The notes under the pieces are model-generated. The model was not told where the DNA came from. It searched no databases and worked only from the letters and a program-made list of their open reading frames with translations. This document shows positions 62,158 through 64,000 of a DNA stretch of 64,000 nt, one piece after another. Numbering within the stretch: the first letter of the stretch is position 1; the number at the start of each line of letters is the position of its first letter. Origin of the DNA: Psammoneis japonica (Eukaryota). The position numbers and the translations under genes are program-made. Location of the stretch: contig QPGO01000083.1 of NCBI GenBank assembly GCA_008632985.1, positions 1 to 64,000 on the forward strand, given 5' to 3'.

Positions 62158-63999
62158 TCAATTCTGATTAAAGACATTACAGTACCCATCCGAATTTACG
62201 TTCTCGTACCATCTCGGGTCTCTGTTAGGAGAGCCTACAGAAGGAGTGGAGTAGTATGCATTCGGGCTGTTGTAGGGATTTGGGTGTTGCGATGGTTGTC
62301 TGCCAGTAATGCTTCGCGAGAAGGAGTTTCTTGCCCTTCCATTGTAGTACGGGCTTCGGTTCTGAGCGGACCCTGCTGCACCTCCAGCGGCGTAGATGCC
62401 CATGCCACTGCTCGTCGAAGGACGACTCTGAGAAGATTCGGCAGCTTGGGCTATATCTGCCTCCTTGGCATTAGAGTTGGAAAGATTCTGAGGGGATCTT
62501 CTGTCTAGAGAAGCGGATGGGTCTCTACCTTTGACATTTGAAGGATTCCGGCTTGATCCTGTTACTTGAGATGCGTAGGAGGTCCCATAAGGCGGCGTCC
62601 TGCCACCGTAATGCGAATTTTGGTATCGAGTCCCTTGAGCAGCATATGCACTGCTGCCACCGAGATACGGAGGTGTCCTGCCACCATAGTAAGAGTTTTC
62701 ATATCGATTGTATCCACCCATCATGCTTGAAGAATACCAGTCATGGTATCGAGCTGGTTCTTTGCCTTGTGAAGCATATGGTCCCCTTCCAGTGTAAAAC
62801 GAGCTATCGTTCTGAGGATACCCAATACCTTGAGAAGCGTACGGTCCTCTGCCGCTGAAGTAAGAGTTTTGGCTCCGAGAGAATCCCCCACCTTGAGACG
62901 TGTATGGGCCGCTGCGATCGGGATATGGCGGGTTCTCGTGCACAGGGGGGCGCTGGCTGCTGACACCAGCACCGATGGGTTGCAAACTGGCTTTGATTGG
63001 ATAGGTAATAGGCCCGACATTTCTGATGGCAATTGTGCTTCCTGACATCCCCGTGAATTCATAGCCGGGTGTTTCAATCATTGTAGTAAAGGGACTCTCA
63101 CGCCCATCGTCCACGTAGACCTCGGCCACTTGTTGAACATTTGAAGGACCTTGCCAGAGCTCGAGGATGGCCATGAGAGGAAGACCGTCGGTTTCAAGGT
63201 GAACTCGTACACGATCAACTGAATGGTCAAATTGAAATGTTTTAAGAGCACCACCATCAATAGTTTCTTTCTGGAGATGCATTGCTTCCTCTCTTTTCGC
63301 TGGATCAGTATCCTCCACAGTAGCCACAGCAGGGAACTCCATGGTGCCCAAATTACGAACCTGCATTGTGCCAGGATATCCTCCATATCGGCTTGAGCTC
63401 TCAAACTCGGCCTGAAAAGGACGAAGCCATCCGTCCATGCTCCATGTCCTAACACGTTGCGGGGTGTTCCCCGGTCCTTGCCACAATTCGACTTCAGCTT
63501 CAACAGGACTGTGCGGTCTTCCACTTCCCAAGTTTACCAATGTTCGCTCGGGGCTTGCTTCAAAGTGCTCTCGAGATCCGGCTCCTTGAATTGGCTTGGT
63601 AAAGGAATAAAACGGTACATAGCCATCATCACCACCGAACTCCGGCCCAAGCATCATTCCATCCGGTTCTTCCATTCGCTCGGGTCCAAACACTGTCTCT
63701 GGGCCGCTACTACTCGGATCGTAACGGTATCCCGTTTTCTGGCCGGCACCACTACTCGTTGCTTTTGATTCAGAAGGTCGCGCTTTCTCAGGGGCATACA
63801 GGCTTCCCGCTGGCTTGGCGATTCCTGGTGGAGCACTTGACACGGAAGGCTTTGCAATGCCCGGAGGCGCCGCGGCAGAATCCAGTTGCATGGTACGACA
63901 TGCTTTGTAGACTAGGCTGGTTGGAGCAACAAAGCCAGTTGCAGTCCAAGCGCACTCCGACAAGGCACTTAGCGCAAGCACTGTACTGAATCTCCTCAT
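62158..63999 (-). CDS. Diatom-type uncharacterised protein with duplicated ELWQGP domain, probable plastid presequence and Y/G/S/P/R-rich tail
   Basis: 613-aa intact ORF; signal peptide ending ATG-FVAP; two repeats (EVELWQGPGNTPQ / ILELWQGPSNVQQ, each followed by .RN.G...P); tail repeats GRGPYASQG and Y.NS.YGGRTPPY. Confidence 0.82.
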   Translation of the reverse strand: MRRFSTVLALSALSECAWTATGFVAPTSLVYKACRTMQLDSAAAPPGIAKPSVSSAPPGIAKPAGSLYAPEKARPSESKATSSGAGQKTGYRYDPSSSGPETVFGPERMEEPDGMMLGPEFGGDDGYVPFYSFTKPIQGAGSREHFEASPERTLVNLGSGRPHSPVEAEVELWQGPGNTPQRVRTWSMDGWLRPFQAEFESSSRYGGYPGTMQVRNLGTMEFPAVATVEDTDPAKREEAMHLQKETIDGGALKTFQFDHSVDRVRVHLETDGLPLMAILELWQGPSNVQQVAEVYVDDGRESPFTTMIETPGYEFTGMSGSTIAIRNVGPITYPIKASLQPIGAGVSSQRPPVHENPPYPDRSGPYTSQGGGFSRSQNSYFSGRGPYASQGIGYPQNDSSFYTGRGPYASQGKEPARYHDWYSSSMMGGYNRYENSYYGGRTPPYLGGSSAYAAQGTRYQNSHYGGRTPPYGTSYASQVTGSSRNPSNVKGRDPSASLDRRSPQNLSNSNAKEADIAQAAESSQSRPSTSSGMGIYAAGGAAGSAQNRSPYYNGRARNSFSRSITGRQPSQHPNPYNSPNAYYSTPSVGSPNRDPRWYENVNSDGYCNVFNQN

Positions 64000-64000
64000 T

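Overview
Eukaryotic genomic DNA, most likely from a (pennate) diatom. This is inferred from a delta-carbonic anhydrase, a Copia RT with the RQVDD motif, Ambal-like LINEs and a bipartite plastid-targeting presequence. Six essentially intact host genes sit in short islands of normal composition: a bacterial-type PLD/cardiolipin synthase, a delta-CA, a multi-TM protein, a secreted protein, a DxD glycosyltransferase and a plastid-targeted protein with a repetitive tail. Between the islands are long nests of dead retroelements (APE-RT-RNaseH LINE, RLE-type non-LTR, Ty3/Gypsy, Ty1/Copia, DIRS/Ngaro-like), unclassified remnants and two pseudogenised host-gene relatives. The main signal is that these nests are almost free of TpA. 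Conserved TE motifs, an LTR pair, a PBS and duplicated host genes all show TA->TG / TA->CA changes (Tyr->Cys/His). This is strand-symmetric A:T->G:C hypermutation of repeat domains, the opposite direction to fungal RIP, and it is uncoupled from CpG decay in the youngest element. Also notable are a TSD-bounded, apparently gag-less Copia with 47-bp LTRs and TAG/AGCT-rich tracts at domain borders. All counts were made by hand; no database searches were run.
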